The position numbers were made by a program, and so were the translations under genes. The notes under the pieces were generated by a model. The model was given only the letters and a program-made list of their open reading frames with translations, did not search any database and was not told where the DNA came from. DNA of 63,776 nt, filler included, from Chiloscyllium plagiosum (Eukaryota): NCBI RefSeq assembly GCF_004010195.1. It is 4 parts of one record of this genome, joined end to end, with 100 filler letters (N's around TTAATTAATTAA, not from the genome) between each part and the next. Parts side by side here need not be neighbours in the genome. Positions count along the whole stretch, not along the records: positions 56,793 to 63,776 come from NC_057716.1; 3 more parts are not named here. One strand, given 5' to 3'. Shown here piece after piece: positions 61,590 through 63,776 of this stretch (position 1 is the stretch's first letter; every line of letters starts with the position of its first letter).

Positions 61590-63180
61590 TTAGTTAAGTG
61601 ATTTGAAGAAAATGACTATTTACACTTTTTTTTAAAAATGACATTTCTAAAATTACGTTCCACAATGCTTTTTCTCCCTTTTAAAATATATATGGCTTGC
61701 AAATTCCCTAAGTTTTCGCTCTAAATTTTAATCTTCGCAATTACTTCCTGTTGAAGACTAAAGATAGGTTTTCAGCCGATGTGCTCTTTAATCACACAGT
61801 ATTTTTGTAACAGTTCCAAGTTTACATCCAATACTTGGCATGACCTCACACTGTCTGCTCAAGATCATAAAACCAAGTAAGGATTGTGTAAAAGTAATGT
61901 CTAATGGTTTACGTGTCAATTTCCGTGTGTGGGCTAGCCATTCCACCCGAAAACGATGTCCCTTTTTTCCCCAGCTAAAGCGATTTGCTACAAGTCATTC
62001 TAAACAAGTTTATTTTACATAAACGCTGAAGGGTTCTGGAAAGAGTCCGAGTGGACTCGAAGCACTATCCAATTCTCCCTCCGCAGATGCTGCCACAGCT
62101 GCTGAGTTTCTCCAGCATTCTCCATTATGAAGAACACACAGGTCTTGGCAAATCAATAGCAATATCATGTTCATGTGCTTGCTTAATATTGCTACCCTCT
62201 TCACTAATGTACTGTACAAAGAAGTCGGACATTTCCACCATCACGATATCATGGCATTGCAGCATCATTATTTGAATCTGTAATCATTGAACTTAACTTT
62301 GCAAATTGCATTCAGTTTGAATGACACCATGAAGGCAGAAATAAATGGTGTTGCTACAGAATTCCTCTTAAGCCCAGCTCTCATTAATATTTTGTCAATT
62401 TCTGCGAAAAATATGTATCGTATCAAATCATGGTATGATCCCAACGTACCTACTCCTTTCTATATACAGATTTCAAGAAATGGTAAAGGCATTGATACTA
62501 AAAATGGTTTAGGGAAGTTCCACGGGGGAAACACAGCTTCAAAAACAAACCAGGATAATTTGAAATGAACATATTAGTCACTGTGGAGCTGCATTTTGCA
62601 GTGTGCAAGATGAGTTAGAACAGTATGAGTCATTCTTTAGTTTTACTCTTCCGTGCTACAGCCAAATTAGCCCAGTAGAACTACGAGGCTGGCATCTACT
62701 GACCAATGTGAAAAAAAATTGCACAGGTATATATATGCTGGCATAAAAGGTATGGTAAATTTAACCCAACCAATTAGTGTCTATTATTAGGCTGAAAGTA
62801 CCTAATAGGTTCTTTAAGCTCTGATCAAACTGGAATACAAGAAGACAGATAGACTTGAATACACGGCAAATTTATTAGATTCACTCAAACTACTTTAAGA
62901 ATTTACAAACTAATCACTCTCACCGCCTTTCAGCTCGATGGAAACTGGTGAAGTTGGCACTTAGAGCTCTACCTCCAATTCCATGGCACTAGTCACATGG
63001 TTTCCAGTCTGATGGAAAATGTTCATAGCTCCGGTCTGGTGAATATCCAGTGAGTGACAAAAGTCCCTACTATTAATACTGTTCTGAACCTAAGAAAAGG
63101 TGATGCAGCATACATTAGTACTTTCAGTACTTTTCAAGGCATTCCATTATGCAAAAACAATTGCAGGTATCTCTGTGTTT

Positions 63181-63776
63181 ATTCTGGATCAGTGGTGCTG
63201 GAAGAGCACAGCAATTCAGGCAGCATCCGAAGGCAGGCAAAATCGACGTTTCGGGCAAAAGCCCTTCATCAGGAATAAAGGCAGAGAGCCTGAAAGTGGT
63301 GCTGGAAGAGCACAGCAATTCAGGCAGCATCCGAAGGCAGGCAAAATCGACGTTTCGGGCAAAAGCCCTTCATCAGGAATAAAGGCAGAGAGCCTGAAGC
63401 GTGGAGAGATAAGCTAGAGGAGGGTGGGGGTGGGGAGAGAGTAGCATAGAGTAGACAGGCACTGAGGAAGCAGATGTGGCTGTGATACCGAGTTTGTTTC
63501 AGGACATGGTTGAAGAGCTTCAGGGCTGAGGAAATGACCTGGGAGTTGCAGTGAGAGAGAGACTCCCTGAGATTCTTGTAGAGAGAGGAGGAAAACTTCT
63601 TCAAGGCAGGCATCCTTGCAAGAGGATTCGCAGTAGGGTTAAAATCAACGAGGTAAAAACAATGACTGCAGATGCTGGAAACCAGATTCTGGATCAGTGG
63701 TGCTGGAACAGCACAGCAGTTCAGGCACCATCCGAGGACGGGCAAAATCGACGTTTCGGGCAAAAGCCCTCCATCA
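63181..63776 (-). mobile_element. Penelope family A pLTR tandem array with three hammerhead motifs
   Basis: A 104-bp unit repeated at 63191-63294 and 63295-63398, with a third copy from ~63697 to the window end. The minus strand reads CTGATGAAGGGCTTTTGCCCGAAACGTC. Confidence 0.88.

Overview
Repeat-rich vertebrate genomic DNA, almost certainly from a cartilaginous fish. The basis is the HE1/V-type and Deu-type SINEs, abundant CR1 and Penelope elements, and shark-type GPR139-like and TCR V sequences. It is a scaffold with one 850-N gap and three artificial 100-bp spacers (44N-TTAATTAATTAA-44N). Most of the window is retroelement debris: CR1, RTE, L1/Tx1, Gypsy, Penelope-like elements (PLEs), SINEs, a Harbinger remnant, a Tigger-like MITE and a solo LTR. 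Host-gene content: (i) coding exon 1 of a PARP14-like gene (minus strand, ATG at 61519) with ISRE motifs about 40 bp upstream; (ii) an unidentified terminal coding exon with a ~2-kb AU-rich 3'UTR (minus strand, 55283-55459); (iii) a decayed block at ~37.7-49.7 kb with two divergently oriented T-cell receptor alpha/delta-type V pseudogenes between two GPR139-like GPCR pseudogenes, one split by a solo LTR with a 5-bp target-site duplication (TSD). The most striking non-coding signal is at least three families of short PLE-derived insertions carrying minimal hammerhead ribozyme motifs. They often form hairpins with a motif on each strand, are flanked by 11-15 bp TSDs, and in one place form a 104-bp tandem. 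All family assignments are from recognition by eye, not database searches.
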